Assembly (NCBI GenBank): GCA_019828565.1
Contig: JAHDYR010000005.1
Coordinates: forward strand, 1,029,342-1,093,341
DNA from: Carpediemonas membranifera BICM
Lineage: Eukaryota; Protista; Fornicata
DNA length: 64,000 bases
Direction: 5' to 3'
The notes under the pieces are model-generated. The model searched no databases. It was given only the letters and a program-made list of their open reading frames with translations, and was not told the origin of the DNA. Numbering within the stretch: the first letter of the stretch is position 1; each line of letters starts with the position of its first letter. The translations under genes and the position numbers were made by a program. Positions 10,501 through 22,609 of the stretch are shown here, piece after piece.

Positions 10501-13500
10501 GCTGATATCCACGCTTTTCCGCGTGCTGACCCGCGGTTTTGACGTCACCGAAGCCGCCCTCGCCTTCGAGGATTTCGCCGACGGCGCCACCACCATCGAT
10601 GACGTCCAGCACCGCATCCTGGCTTTGCCAACTAACTCCGATGGGACGATCGTCACGCCTTGGTCCTTCTGCCAGAGGACCTCCGGTCCCATGGCAGGCG
10701 CCAAGGTCCCCGCTACACCGGGCAACGGCCGCAAGACCTGCCGCGTCCACGGTCCCGGCGGCCACTCTACTGAAGAGTGCCGGCTGCTGAAGCGCCAGAG
10801 TCAGGCTAACAGAGCCACACCGGCGGGCCGCCAACCTCAAGATCCCCGCCAGGGCCAGGCCTCTCAACGCACACCACACCAAGCCTCAGCCGCCCAGCAG
10901 AACCAGTCACGCCAGCCGCAGGCAGGTTGGTCCCCAACGACAGGCCGCTGGACAACCACAGCAGCCCCAGCAACCATCGACGTCGAAGGGTCCTTGGCAG
11001 TTCAGGCAGAACCCCAAGCAGGCCACACCATTCACACCGACACCCCCCAACAAGCCCCAACAAGGCAGCGTTCAGAACGTAGAGCATGCCGAGCACGCTT
11101 ACCCGCCGGGCCGGCTTCTCCGGATTCCAGTGACGATAGGTGACACGCTTATCTCAGCGACGGTCGACCCTGGCTCCGTAGTGTCCACCATCTCGCTGGA
11201 CCTCGCCAACGCACTCGCCCAGTTTGGCAGGAGGGGCCCCGACATGGTCCAGCTGACGGGCCCTGACGACCAAGGTCTCCAGCAACACGGCACCTTCGAG
11301 ACAACGCTGGTCGCGGACCGCTTGGGCGACCGCCGAACGATCATCGATTGGCCCCTGCACGTCATCAGCGGCAGGGCCGATAAGGTCCTCATCGGCTCGG
11401 ATATATTGTGGTTCTTAGGCCTCATGTCCGACGAGGGCATCATGCTTCGCCTCCGCCCGCAAGTTCACGACGGCGAGGACGAAGGCCTCCCCGACGACCA
11501 GACCGATGACTTCCACGCAGTCAACAACATCGTCAGCGACGACGCGGGCCCACTTGGCACACGCATCGCAAGCGACTTCCCGCTCAAAGCCGAGATGGCT
11601 GATGTCATCCGCCGGCACGCACCGGTATTCGGCGAGCTGCACCCTGACGGCGCCCAGATCGCCGCCGCAACGATTGACATCGTGCCAGGCGCACCCCTAC
11701 CCAACCATGCCCCTCGACCGCTCACGGCATCCACCGCCGAAAGAGTGCACGAGATTATCGACGACATGGACAGACAGGGCATCGTACGCGATTCCTACAG
11801 CCACGTGGCATCCGCAGCCGTCATCGTAGTGAAGAAGTCAAGCGAGTTACGACTTTGCGCCGACTACCGCGAGCTTAACTCGGTAACTACACCAGACAGG
11901 TTCCCCCTCGCAGATATCCGCACCTTCACCAACGACTTCATCGGTGCCAAGTACTTCTTCGCTTGTGACCTCCGGTCAGGTTTTCATCAAATGCCAGTAC
12001 GCGAAGACCACAAGTACCTCACCGCTATAACGCTGCCAGGCCGGTTCAAAGAGTACAACTTTGCACCCTTTGGTCTTCGTAACCTACCGTCACAGTTCCA
12101 GCGGGCCATCCAGGCAATCCTTGCCCCTGTGCGCGCCGACGGTACGAAGAACTACATCGATGACATCTTTGGTCGAGCCAAGACACCTCAGGAGCTTCTA
12201 GACCACGTCGACCGCCTACTCTGTATCGCAGAGGAACGCAACGTCCGCCTCCGCGGCGACAAGTGTGTCTTCGGGGCGACGTCTATCGAGATCCTCGGCG
12301 ATATCGTCGATGGCAAGGGCCGCCGCATGAGCCCTACTCGTGTCAGATCCATGCAGGACCTCGCCGCACCTCACTCGGTCAAGGACCTACGCATGATCAT
12401 CGGTATGTTCACATACCTCAGTGACTATATCCCCGACTGCCAGACACGCCTCAAGCCGCTCCAGGCCTTGGTCAGCAAGGTCCCACCCTACACCTTCAAC
12501 GACTGGGACGACACGCTTCAGGCTCTGTTTGATCAGCTCAAGCAGGCCGTGACAGACGAAGAGGTCCTCGCCCATCCGGACCAGAGCAGGCCCTGGCGCC
12601 TCGAGACCGACGCCTCTCTCGAAGGCATCGGCGGTGTCTTACTGCAGCTTGACTCGGACAACACATGGCGCGTCGTGTCATTCTTCTCAAAGGTCTTCAA
12701 CGACACACAGTCGCGTTGGTGCACGTACGACCAGGAGCTGTTCGCGATCATCTACTGCCTCACTCGGCCTGACCTCTCGCCCATCTTTAGAGTCCACCAG
12801 GACCTGACGATCTGGACGGACCACCGCAACTTGGTCTACCTGCACTCCAAGGCTGGCCAGGAAAACCGTAAGCACCTCCGCTGGCTGCTTATGATCCAAG
12901 AGTTCGAGTTCGTCATCAGACACATCGCAGGCGCGCAGAACACACTGGCCGACGCACTCAGTCGATACAACCCGCAGGCCACAGTCACGCAGGTCAACAA
13001 CGTCTCAGAGGCCGAGCTCGACGAAGACGCCAAGCGCAAGATCGTGCAAGAAGCTCACCGATACCACGAGGGCGAGCAGGCCACCATCAGGAACGTCCGC
13101 CAGCTTGGGCACGATTGGCCAGGCCTCCACTCCGACGTGCACGCAGTCGTGTCAACCTGCGTGTACTGCGCTAAGGCACGCCTCTCCGCTTTCATTAAGA
13201 CCACAACGCAGTCTTCTCTGCGCGACCGACCCTTCCAGACCATCGCTGTAGACACCATGGGTCCTTTCCCTGTCGACTCCGAGGGTTTCAGATACATCGT
13301 GGTGGCAACCGACATGTTTACCCGCTTCACGGAGCTCATCCCCACAGCTTCCAACAACGCGACGACGGTCGGGCTGGCACTTTGGTCCATCATCGGACGC
13401 TACGGTGTGCCTCGCGAGTTCCTTTCGGACAACGGCCCCGAGTACCGCAATCGGATGATAGAAGCTTTCCTTGATCGCTTGCAGGTCACGTACCACCGGA

Positions 13501-14398
13501 CAATCCCTTTCCACCCTCAGTCAAACGGCCTGGCCGAGAGACGCAACCAGGAAGTCAAGCGACACTTACGTGTGCTCTGTCTGATGTTTGACCGTTACGA
13601 CGCCTGGGCCTCCGTGGTCCCATACGTCCAGTACATCCTGAACACTACGGTCCACTCCGTCACCGGCGTCGAACCCATTGCTCTCTTGATGGGCAAGCAT
13701 GCCTCCGCTCGCGACTTCACGATCGCACCCAAGGAGGAGGGTAGAGTTCATACTCCCCTGGACGACATAGCCTCCTACATCGACGCGCTCACCGAGCACC
13801 TCCAGATCCTCGCCGACCAGGCCCTCAACCGCCAGCAGGCAATGACAAGGACCGCAGAGCCGACGCCCCCGATCGAGCCGGGCACTCTGGTCCTTCGTAA
13901 GAACGAGAGCCCCACGAAGCTACACGGCCACCGCGGCCCATTCCGCATCACAGCCGCCGACGGTTACGCAGCGGAGATCACGCCGCTCACTGGCGGCAAG
14001 AGCCGCCGGGTCCACCTGAGCCAGTTAATCCGCATCTGCCAAGGCCCCCTCAGCGACGCCGAACTGTTGCGCATCGCGGCTACCGACGACGAGGAGTATT
14101 ACGTCGAGAAAGTCCTAGAGGTCGACGACGAGACTGGCGACCTCCTCATTAAGTGGCTCGGCTTCCCTGAGGCTAAGGCCACGTGGGAGGGTCCCAACTC
14201 TGACGCCGCCCGCACGTCCGTCGTGCGCCGTCACCTCGAGGAGAGGGGTAGTGTCCCAATCAATTGATTAAACCTCTTTCGCTAGCTGTTCTATCCATAC
14301 CACACGCCTGTTAGTTCGTTGATGCGCTTCTGCGGATCTGGGATCTTCTCTGCTTCAGGCGTGCGGTCCCCGGTGTTGTTCTCGGTTTCTTCAGCCAT
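7474..14398 (-). CDS. gag-RT-RNaseH-methyltransferase polyprotein of DIRS-like copy 1, interrupted by gypsy A1 (9780-14304) and a 1-nt indel near 8358
   Basis: MAEETENN... (ATG 14398) joins in frame to GELLTLRD after removing gypsy A1 plus one TSD. RT motifs SLDLHAGYHH, LPFGW, YLDD, YLG. RT-RH is in frame in copy 2. Confidence 0.82.
9780..9832 (+). repeat. Gypsy A 5' LTR (53 bp); identical copies at 14252-14304, 16468-16520, 63457-63509
   Basis: TGTCCCAATCAATTGATTAAACC...CCATACCACA seen four times. Confidence 0.95.
9845..14267 (+). CDS. Gypsy A1 gag-pol (1-nt indel near 10926 relative to A2)
   Basis: CRVH..GHSTEEC knuckle, DPG protease, RT YIDD, RNase H TDAS/TDH, integrase HHCC and D-D35E (VDT..SDNG..AER), chromodomain (YYVEKVL..IKWLGF..TWE). 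Confidence 0.92.
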
Positions 14399-14638
14399 CT
14401 GGCCGTAATTGATTCGATCCCGATTCGTTCGGCTCGAATAAATCGAATCAGGCAGATCCATCGCCCATGCTCCATTATCTCACGCCGGAGCTGACGTCTC
14501 GTCTGACTAGGCAGACACTCACATTCACTTATGAATTCTCCTGGGGCTTCCCGCCCGCACGCCTACACCATCCCGATGGTGACCATTCAATCTTTATGGA
14601 CCACTCGTACCCGTACGAGTAAAGGAAGGAGACGACTG

Positions 14639-15560
14639 CTATTCGAGGTGCGCGAACCATTCGCACCTCGTCACAGCTGTCTCCTGGTCGAGCCGCACCG
14701 CTTCGGCGATGTAGCTCTGGAGGGAACTCTCGGACTTCCAAGTACCGAGGGCCATGACCACTGGAGTGGGCATCCCGCGAAGTACAGCGTCCGCTGCGGC
14801 CCCGCGACGGAAGCTATGGGATCCAACTGGGTCTCCAAAGACCTGCTTCAGCTTGTCTTGGAGCATAGCGGGGGGCAACGGCCCTCGGTCCAGCCTCGAC
14901 CCATCGAGGTTGGGGGACTTCCAGATGGTGGCGTCTCTGTCCTGGCACCAGCGCTGCAGGTGAGCCATGAGCATCCCTGCCGGATTGAGCGCGCCTTCGA
15001 CCCACGGGATGAACTTCTTAACTGCGCGAAGCCCTGTCTTGGTGGAGTCGATGGTGATAGAGACGCCGAGTCCTGCTTTCACCCTGATATCCCGAGGAGT
15101 GAGGGGTAGGATCTCACTGCGCCTCGACATTGTTGCGTAGGCAACGACGCCGAATAAGAAGGCTTGGTGGAACTCCTCGTCGCGGCCGGCGAGTTTGGGG
15201 ATCAGGCGGTGGATGCGTGCAGCCCGCACTGGGACCTTGCGTTGCGGCCTGGGGACTGTAGCGCGCTTCGCTTCGGTGATGAATGCCTTTTGAGCAGCTG
15301 GGGGTGCCCACGTTGATACCAGGGGTGCAAACCTTACCACCAGCGAGCCCCGGTGCGCCAGACGGTCTGGGCCTACTAGCTCAGCCTCGCGAGCGAGCCA
15401 CGCCAGGAATGTGTCGCGGTCCGATGCCGGGTTGGCCTCTCGGAAGGTCAGGAACTGGGAGACGACACCCGCCGTGTCACGCCTGGTCGTTGCCACGTAG
15501 CCTTTGAGCTCGTCTAGACCTAGTACTGCGTTGAAAGCGGCGTCGTCGGCACGAAGACGG
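14639..15560 (-). CDS. Tyrosine recombinase of DIRS-like copy 2 (open frame extends to 16393, overlapping RH-MT)
   Basis: Intact R..K..HxxR..W..Y motifs. Confidence 0.87.
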
Positions 15561-16467
15561 CGAGGAGCCGCGGCTTTTCCCCCACGAGGATGTTCTGGAG
15601 CTCTGAGTCCTTCATGTCCTCCGCGTAGACCCTGAACGTTCTCTTGAAGGGGGAGAGGCCCTTGATGCGGCGTACCGCCTCGGACTGGACGTCGGGCATC
15701 ACCACGACCACTGCAGACTTGGTATGCCTCGGATGTGAGGCTGGTGAGGCGCGAATGAGGGCCAGTCGGTTGGCTACGGCTGGAAGAAGGGCGTATGGTG
15801 GTGCTGCGAAGACTCTCTTGCTGCGCCACTCCGAGCTCATGCCGCTCTCGGCCAGCGTGAGCGAACGCTCGACGAAGCCGGGAAGTAGTAACTCCTTGTC
15901 CCTCCCACCAGTCACGTCGACCTCGAGAGGGCCCCACTCCTCCAGTATGGCAGCGAGGATCCCTCGTGGTGTCCGCCATTCCAGTCGCTGGTATCTCGAC
16001 AGAGCATCTGCGGAGACATTGAGGTGCCCGCTGACGTGCTGGGCTCTCAGTGTGATCTGGCAGGCGGCCAAGCGGGAAAAGAGGGTGAGACAAGCGTCCT
16101 GGATCATCGGCGGGGCTCGCGTTGATCCCTGCTTGTTCAACCAGGCGCAGGCGTTGCTGTTGTCGATGAATACGGTGATCTCCCTGTCCGTTAGATGTGG
16201 AAGGAGCGTCTCCACGGCGTTCGTCGCCGCAAAGAACTCTTTCACCGCAATGGACTCGTTCTGGAGCGGGCTGTTGGGGGAGACGGAGGAGGATACGATC
16301 GTCTGCTTGCAGCCGTCCCTGATAATGGCAGCTAAGCCCTTTTCTGAGGCGTCCGACTGGATGTGGATGTCGATTGCCGGGCTTGCGCCCCACATGCTGA
16401 TCAGGGAGTCGAAGGAGCGGGGAGGATGATCTTCGCTGCTCAGCAGTTGCTTCCAGTACGATAGGGC
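15520..16467 (-). CDS. RNase H-methyltransferase-like 3' part of the DIRS-like copy 2 polyprotein
   Basis: SDASEKG, KE, IDN, NVSADALSR, then WGPLEVDV...VFAAPPY. Confidence 0.82.
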   Translation of the reverse strand, partial: ALSYWKQLLSSEDHPPRSFDSLISMWGASPAIDIHIQSDASEKGLAAIIRDGCKQTIVSSSVSPNSPLQNESIAVKEFFAATNAVETLLPHLTDREITVFIDNSNACAWLNKQGSTRAPPMIQDACLTLFSRLAACQITLRAQHVSGHLNVSADALSRYQRLEWRTPRGILAAILEEWGPLEVDVTGGRDKELLLPGFVERSLTLAESGMSSEWRSKRVFAAPPYALLPAVANRLALIRASPASHPRHTKSAVVVVMPDVQSEAVRRIKGLSPFKRTFRVYAEDMKDSELQNILVGEKPRLLAVFVPTTPLSTQY

Positions 16468-16532
16468 TGTCCCAATCAATTGATTAAACCTCTTTCGCTA
16501 GCTGTTCTATCCATACCACAGTGATCACTGTC

Positions 16533-16921
16533 ATGGTTTTAGTCAGCAACAGCCGTTTAGACGAGTATCGTCTTCACGTTGCAAGCAAAAAGCAGCCGTC
16601 TAGCATCCTCTTTTTCCTCGGGAGCGAGAAACTAGCCGAAATCCGCGCGGCGTTCATCCCGACAACGAGATTCCCAACATTCGAGGATTTCCAATGCTTC
16701 TTTGAGACAGAGATCCGTCCTCCCATTCATAAGCCTTCCGAGCAGAATGAACCCGAGAAGAACGACGACGACAAATCGGCCGAGGAGCTCAGCGCTCTCC
16801 TGGCCAAGCTCAAGGATATAGACACCCAAGCGGCCTCGATCGCTTCAGACGAGCTGAAGCAGGCCTTCATCACCGCAGCCCTCAAGGCGGTCAGTCCGCC
16901 ACCGACGGCCCCAGACACCTC
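16533..16921 (+). CDS. Gypsy A2 gag, 5' part
   Basis: Matches A1 gag up to ...APDTS, where the gypsy B LTR begins. Confidence 0.9.
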
Positions 16922-17053
16922 TGTGGTGAGGCGCAGTTTAAGGTTTTGGTTTTTGACCATTTTCACCACTGCGGTTTCCAGGAGTAAATCAGTTCTCATC
17001 CATTAATTGGAAAGTTCCCGTCAAGGCCAAACCAAGCACAGTATCGATACTAC

Positions 17054-17658
17054 ATGCAGTCTTTTGGCATCACCATCCCGTATTTGCGATCGCTTACGCG
17101 TTCTGCCTTCTTCACCTTCCAGGACGACGTCGATCACTACCAAGTTCAAGCGAGAGCCCTCAATCTCCAACTACCTCCCCTTGCAACCTTCCTTAGCCCA
17201 TCTGTCACGCGCCTCGTGCGCCTCCGCGTCCCTATCGACGATATCCCCGACGGCGACCTCTTCGACACTATCGCGACCGAGTTCTTCAAGTTTCATACAC
17301 AAGTTGAAGCTTACCAGTCTATCCAGCGCCTCCGCCTGCGCTCCCTCGAGCCGCCGGCCCTCTTAGCCCACATAGACACTTACCATAAGACCCTCGCGCT
17401 ATGTGATGATAACACTCGCCCCATCGATCAACAGACGCGGAAGCTCTTCACTGCCTCGCTCCCCTCGGCCCTCAAGACTCGCCTCAAGATCGTTAGCCCC
17501 GAGACCTTCGCTGAGGCCTGTGAGGCGGCCATCACAGAGCTCGATGACATAGTCTCCATCCGCGCGCAGAGCGAATCTTTCCGCGACGAGCCCCGCCTCG
17601 ACATGCCGCCCCGGCGCCCTCCGCCCATCAAGGCCAAGGCTGAGCCGACCGCCCCTAC
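17054..17658 (+). CDS. Gypsy B gag, 5' part
   Basis: Joins in frame at 56120 to ...ICHGCGLTGHVRPEC (CCHC knuckle) after removing gypsy C plus one TSD. Confidence 0.88.
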
Positions 17659-17798
17659 TGTCGGTTGAAATCATTTACAGTAAACCGCAGCGGGGTAAAA
17701 GTGGTCAAAACTGGACGGAGCAGTTTATAGACCGGTGACACTACCTCCCTTTTTGATGAGAAAACCCCCAACCTGCAAGGAACGGGGGAAAAAGATGG

Positions 17799-18425
17799 TT
17801 AGTAGAGTTTCAGGTTCTTCCTCGCCTTACGGGCCAACCTCTTCATCTCCTCGAGGTGTTTCACTCCCGAGAGTGGTTCTTCCGTTATGTTTTCGAATCC
17901 TACCCACTTGATGGCGGCTGTCCCTTCTTTCCAGTCTACCGATACTACTCGCTCTACCTCCCATTTTTTTCTGGTCGAAGCTTGCAAGTTGAAGCATCAT
18001 CGTGTCCGTTACGGCATCCGTGTCGAACATCATGAGTTTTTCAATGTGGGTTGATCTGGTCGATCCGTCGAGTATCGACTGCAGGACTATTCTGTTATTA
18101 TCAAGTACATCGTGTACCTTCCATGGGCCCCTGTTGCGCGCGTCTAGCTTCTGAGGGGCCTCATCTTTCCAGAGGACGTAGTCACCCGGCTTCAGTTCGG
18201 TGTTGATAATTGTCTTTTGGCCCGGGCCCACACTCTCTCTGGCAGTGGTCTCCAGGGCGTTAAGGGCCAGCTCCAGGTCCTTTTTGAACTCTGGGAAATC
18301 TCTGATCGGAGAGTTGTTGTCGTTCGTCCACCAGCTTGTAAACATGTTGTGCTCATGGCCAAATATCAGCTCGTGCGGGGAGAACTTCGTGGCCGTATGT
18401 GTCGTGCCGTTGATAATCATCTGGA
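17799..18425 (-). CDS. Gypsy C integrase C-terminus and chromodomain (frameshift in the T run near 17965)
   Basis: N.T.HTAT.FSPHELIFG, GPW, then WEVERVV..IKWVGFE..TEEP. Confidence 0.85.
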
Positions 18426-19198
18426 AAGAAAAGAAAGAAAATTTATGGTGCCTGTTATCGGGCCCCGGTTACTTAGGCTGATCTCCCTTATTACTGGAGC
18501 CGAGTTCCCCGGGGCGCTGCCTCCTCCCTGCGATTGAACTTGTCAGCTGCGTCCAACGAGCGATTCGGTGCTACTGCTTCCGCTCACTCCCAATTTCACT
18601 TCCCCCCATAGGCCTTCGCCATCTCCGTGCGCTGAGCGCTTTCCTGTCTCCCTGTAAACCCGGCAGCTTCCAGGGAGCCTGGGGGTCTGTCCTCGGTGCT
18701 TCCACAGGCAGGTTTGTCCTGCAAGACCTTCTCTATAGCACTCCCTGATTCCCTGCAGTCCCTACGGGGTCGTTCAAGCATGGCACCCTCTCCTCTTTCC
18801 AGATTCCCTGTTCAGTGCCCCCACGACCCTGTTAAGTGGCCTACCCGTGGGCGGGGAAAGCAACTAAGTCCCTCTCATCTACCCCTGTTAGGCGGCGTGG
18901 GTTAGGGCTAACACAGACTCTAGATCTGCAAGGCCTAGTACCCCTTATGATAGTTCTCTTGTGCTACACTTCCCAGCGTCCCTCTATCGTTCACAAGGGC
19001 GGCGGGGACGTCATGTCCCCCCGTATCCCATGCTCAGTCCCTGCAGTTTCCTTAGGTTCACCGCGAGTGGTGCAACCATCCAATTGATGGATTTCCTCTG
19101 TCCCTTGCCCTGCCCTCTCCCTGGGAAACATGGGGGGTCTCCCCTTGATCCCAGAGTCTATGCTTCCCTGCCCCCTTTCTGGATGTGGTGTTCCTTAT

Positions 19199-21649
19199 CT
19201 ATCCATCTATTCTATAGCTATCATAGACCTTTGCCAGGGCTCTCAGCCCAGCTCGCAGTCCTTCCCATATCTCTTCCGACCCTGTTAACACTAGTTGTTG
19301 CACCTCTAAGATTGGCCTCTTCTCATACCACCTCCCATTCGGGCCTCTTCTGACTTGCAATTCCCTGGTCCTCTCCTTAGCTGTCTTCCATATCTTTTCC
19401 CAGTCATCTCCTCTTTCAACCTCTGGGCACTCACACATAATGTGGGCCGCCGATCCCAGCGGCTGACCCCTTACCCACTCCCTGATTAGTGCCTGCTTCC
19501 TGGCTTGGTTTGGCTGCTCTCTCGCTATTTGCCACAGTAACTCTATCTCGCTCTCCTTTGTGCACAGGGGGCCCCACCTGGGCCTGTTCCGGCCATGATG
19601 CCCTGCCAATCCGTCCATATCTTGTTCCCCCCTGCTGCGTAGCCCCACACCTCCACTCCAAACATTATCCTCGGCCATATGTAAACTTCGAGGAGGAGCC
19701 TGCTGGCTAGCGCCGGCATGTTGCCTCTGGTCCATCCCACTCTTCTCACTAGCTTCTTGTACCTTTCGCTCTGCTCCCGCTTCTTTCTGATACAGGCTGC
19801 CAGTGGGTCTTTTCCGCTGGCTATCCAGAGACCTAGGTACTTAGCTTCCTCTTTTGCCATTAGGGTAACTCCCCCCACTCTCGCCACTGCTGCCTGTCTA
19901 CACTGATCATCTCACTCTTTTGTGCATTTGCCCTCATGAGGTGCTCCTAGATTACTTCTATGACTAGGTTCGCCACTATCTTGCTCTTTTCCGGTGTCTC
20001 CCCTGTGACCGCTGTATCGTCCACGAACATGGTTAGGGTGGCTGGCAGCGTGTCCCGGACTCTTGGTAACTCCGTTGGTGGTTCCCTGATATCGTACTCT
20101 TGTCCCTGATGCTTCTTCCTGACCAGGTGAGGCCAGTTTGCCATGAACAAAACGAACAGGGTCGGCGCTAGGACACATCCTTGCTTCACTCCCCTGTTTG
20201 TTCTCTCCCATGACCCTGCCCCCTTCACCGAGATCCATGTCTCTTCTAGTGTACTCTGTATTGCCCTGATGAGGTGGTCTTCGACCCCCATTCCCTGCAG
20301 CTTATCCATGAGGATGTCCCTCGGGACGGTGTCATAGGCTTTCTCTATGTCTAGGAAGATCGACGTGGTCTCCCCCCCTTCCTGGTGTCTCTGCACGATG
20401 TATTGTATCTGTTGTATTACGTCCTTATCCGATTGGAACCCTGCTTGCTCTCTTGGGATGAGGTGCCATGTGGCTGCTTCTAATCTTCTCTTCAGGAGCC
20501 TACCATACACCCTATACAGTAGTGGTGTTAGCGAGATGGGTCTGTACGACTCCGGCTTCACTCTGGGCTTCCTTGTCTTGTGGATGGCCGAGACTGTAGC
20601 ATACTTCCATGTTGTCGGGATCTTGCCCTCCCTGTATACCCTGTTCATGAGCCTAGTTATCTGAGCGATCCCCTGGTCATCTGTGTCCCTGAGCATGTCC
20701 CCTGTAGTGTGGTCCGGTCCCGGTGCAGTGTCCCTCTTTATCCTTCTGATCGCTTCTCGTATTTCTCTCTCCTTAAATTCGTCCTCCCTCTTTCCATTGC
20801 CTCTATCCTTCCACTCCGGTTCCCTGCCCCTGCTCACTCCTGCATACTGTTGTAGGAGGATCTTACCTATTTCTTCCTTGTTGGTGGTAATCTTCCCGTC
20901 CTTCAGTATGCTCTCTGGCATGCCCTTGAACTGGTTTTCACACCACCATCTTCTTACCGCTGCTTCCACCATGGACCTGGATGCTTTGTATCCTTCCTTC
21001 GCGCTCCGGCTGAGGTCCTGGATCCACTCTTCCCTGCGTTTTCCCCAGAAGGCCTGTAGCTCACGCTTCATGATCTCACTTCTGGTCTTGTTTCCCTCTT
21101 CTGTCCATGGTGTGTGCCGGAGTTCCGACCACACCTTTTCTTTGATGACCTCTTCCCTGTCTCCACTGCCTGGGTGACCTGACGGCTCGCCCATATCCTT
21201 CCTGATATCCTCCTCCCACTCATCCAGGCTCTTAAAACGGTGCAGTCTTCTGACTGATGTGCGTTCAGCCTTCTTCCTCATGTTCCACACTCTGACGCCC
21301 GGTATGTCTAGGACTTCCTCTCTCTTTGTAGTCCGTTGGATCCGTTGTTCCCTCCATTCCAGTCTTATCATGTTGTGGGCTGACCCCCAGACTCCGAGTC
21401 GACTAGCATCCAGTACTTCTATCCTTGCTCCTCTGATCCCTGATGATACCAGCGCGAAGTCCGGAGTGGTAGTTCCCTTGGTGAGGGTACCTTCCATGGG
21501 GATCACTGCTCCCAGCTTATAGTCCCTGATCAGGTCCTTCCATCTTGCCATTGTGGCTATCCTTTTGGGGTCGAGGTTCCAGTCCCCTATGATGATTGTT
21601 TCCATCTCTCCTTTCATCTCCATAATGCTCCTTATTCCGTCCCTGAACT
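19199..21649 (-). CDS. LINE ORF2 3' part: APE C-terminus, RT, C-terminal Cys/His motif (two frameshifts)
   Basis: IIGDWN, PDFALV, SAH; APGPD, YRPISL, QAGF, DIEKAYD, GVKQG, FVDD, KYLG, HIMCEC. Confidence 0.9.
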
Positions 21650-22609
21650 CATACTGTAAGAATGGCTAGAGTCTCCCGGGAGATACTCTGGAGATACTCA
21701 TGTGTCAACGCTGGTCAAACCTCGCGATCCAGGCGATCTCAGGCACCTCCAGAACATCTAGAAGGTAGTTATAGAAGCATAAAAGACATGTCTGGCGTCT
21801 TGAAGTATCACATGGTGTCAGTGTTGATAAAAGAGGATAACGCATTTTATGTTGTAAATGTGAAGTGCTCGTTCGAACATGGGATCTTAACAGCGGTGTT
21901 TTATAGCTAATAGCAATGCCCTCTGAAGTTTTCAGCCTCCAGTATCTTCTACTTCCGTATGAATTAATGATTGAATCAGAGATTGAGAAAATGAAGACTT
22001 CCCCACAAAAACCAAACATGGGGGGATAATCCATGGGGGTCAAGTACTATCCGTACATACTCAGGTTCTGTGGGGAAGTCTTCATTTTCTCGCATTCGAA
22101 AAATCTGCAAAATTTTATCAACGATGAGATGGTCTTGGAAGATTGTGCTAACAACAGAGGTGTAACTAGATCAACAAAGGATCATGGAACCCTTGGTTTG
22201 TCCTAACGCCCGAAACAGTGCCCAAAGAGCTCGTGACACAGGTGAACGCCAGAAAGAAATGAAGTTGCTCAGAGTGTACACCATATTGTCCTAGTTCCAA
22301 TACTTTTTACCATTTTCTTCCAGCTGCTTTCGTTGGCGAGTTTCATTTTTTTCTTACCGTTACTTCCGCAGTATCTTGCAAGATTCAGGGGGAAATTCAA
22401 ATTCACTTTTCCTTTGAGGGCAAAGCAGAATTGCGCAATAACGCATCAATGGGTATGAGAAGCATAGAATACGTATAAAAACTCAGTGTAGTTGCTGCTC
22501 ACAACTTTTTGGAGGAAACAGAGCAGCGGAAGCCCCAAACCAAAAATCTTTCACAAACTCTTGTGAAACTTGTGAAATGTGAAAGTGACTTCAGCAAAAA
22601 TTCCTGAGC

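Larger units (their letters stand above)
9780..14304 (+). mobile_element. Ty3/gypsy chromodomain LTR retrotransposon family A, copy 1 (4525 bp), TSD CGCCT
   Basis: Identical 53-bp TGT...ACA LTRs; CGCCT at 9775-9779 and 14305-14309; PPT GAGGAGAGGGGTAG; order gag-PR-RT-RH-IN-chromo. Confidence 0.96.
6456..14500 (-). mobile_element. DIRS-like tyrosine-recombinase retrotransposon, copy 1 (~3.5 kb excluding the gypsy A1 insertion)
   Basis: gag-like region, RT (YLDD), RNase H (SDASEKG, DN, NxxADALSR), methyltransferase-like domain and YR. End 6456 is defined by identity with the start of copy 2 at 14501. Confidence 0.88.

Noticed and set aside
14399-14640. Hammerhead ribozyme at the DIRS junction
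   Set aside because: Hairpin-rich, but I found no CUGANGA/GAAA core by eye; an Infernal search would be needed to exclude other ribozymes.
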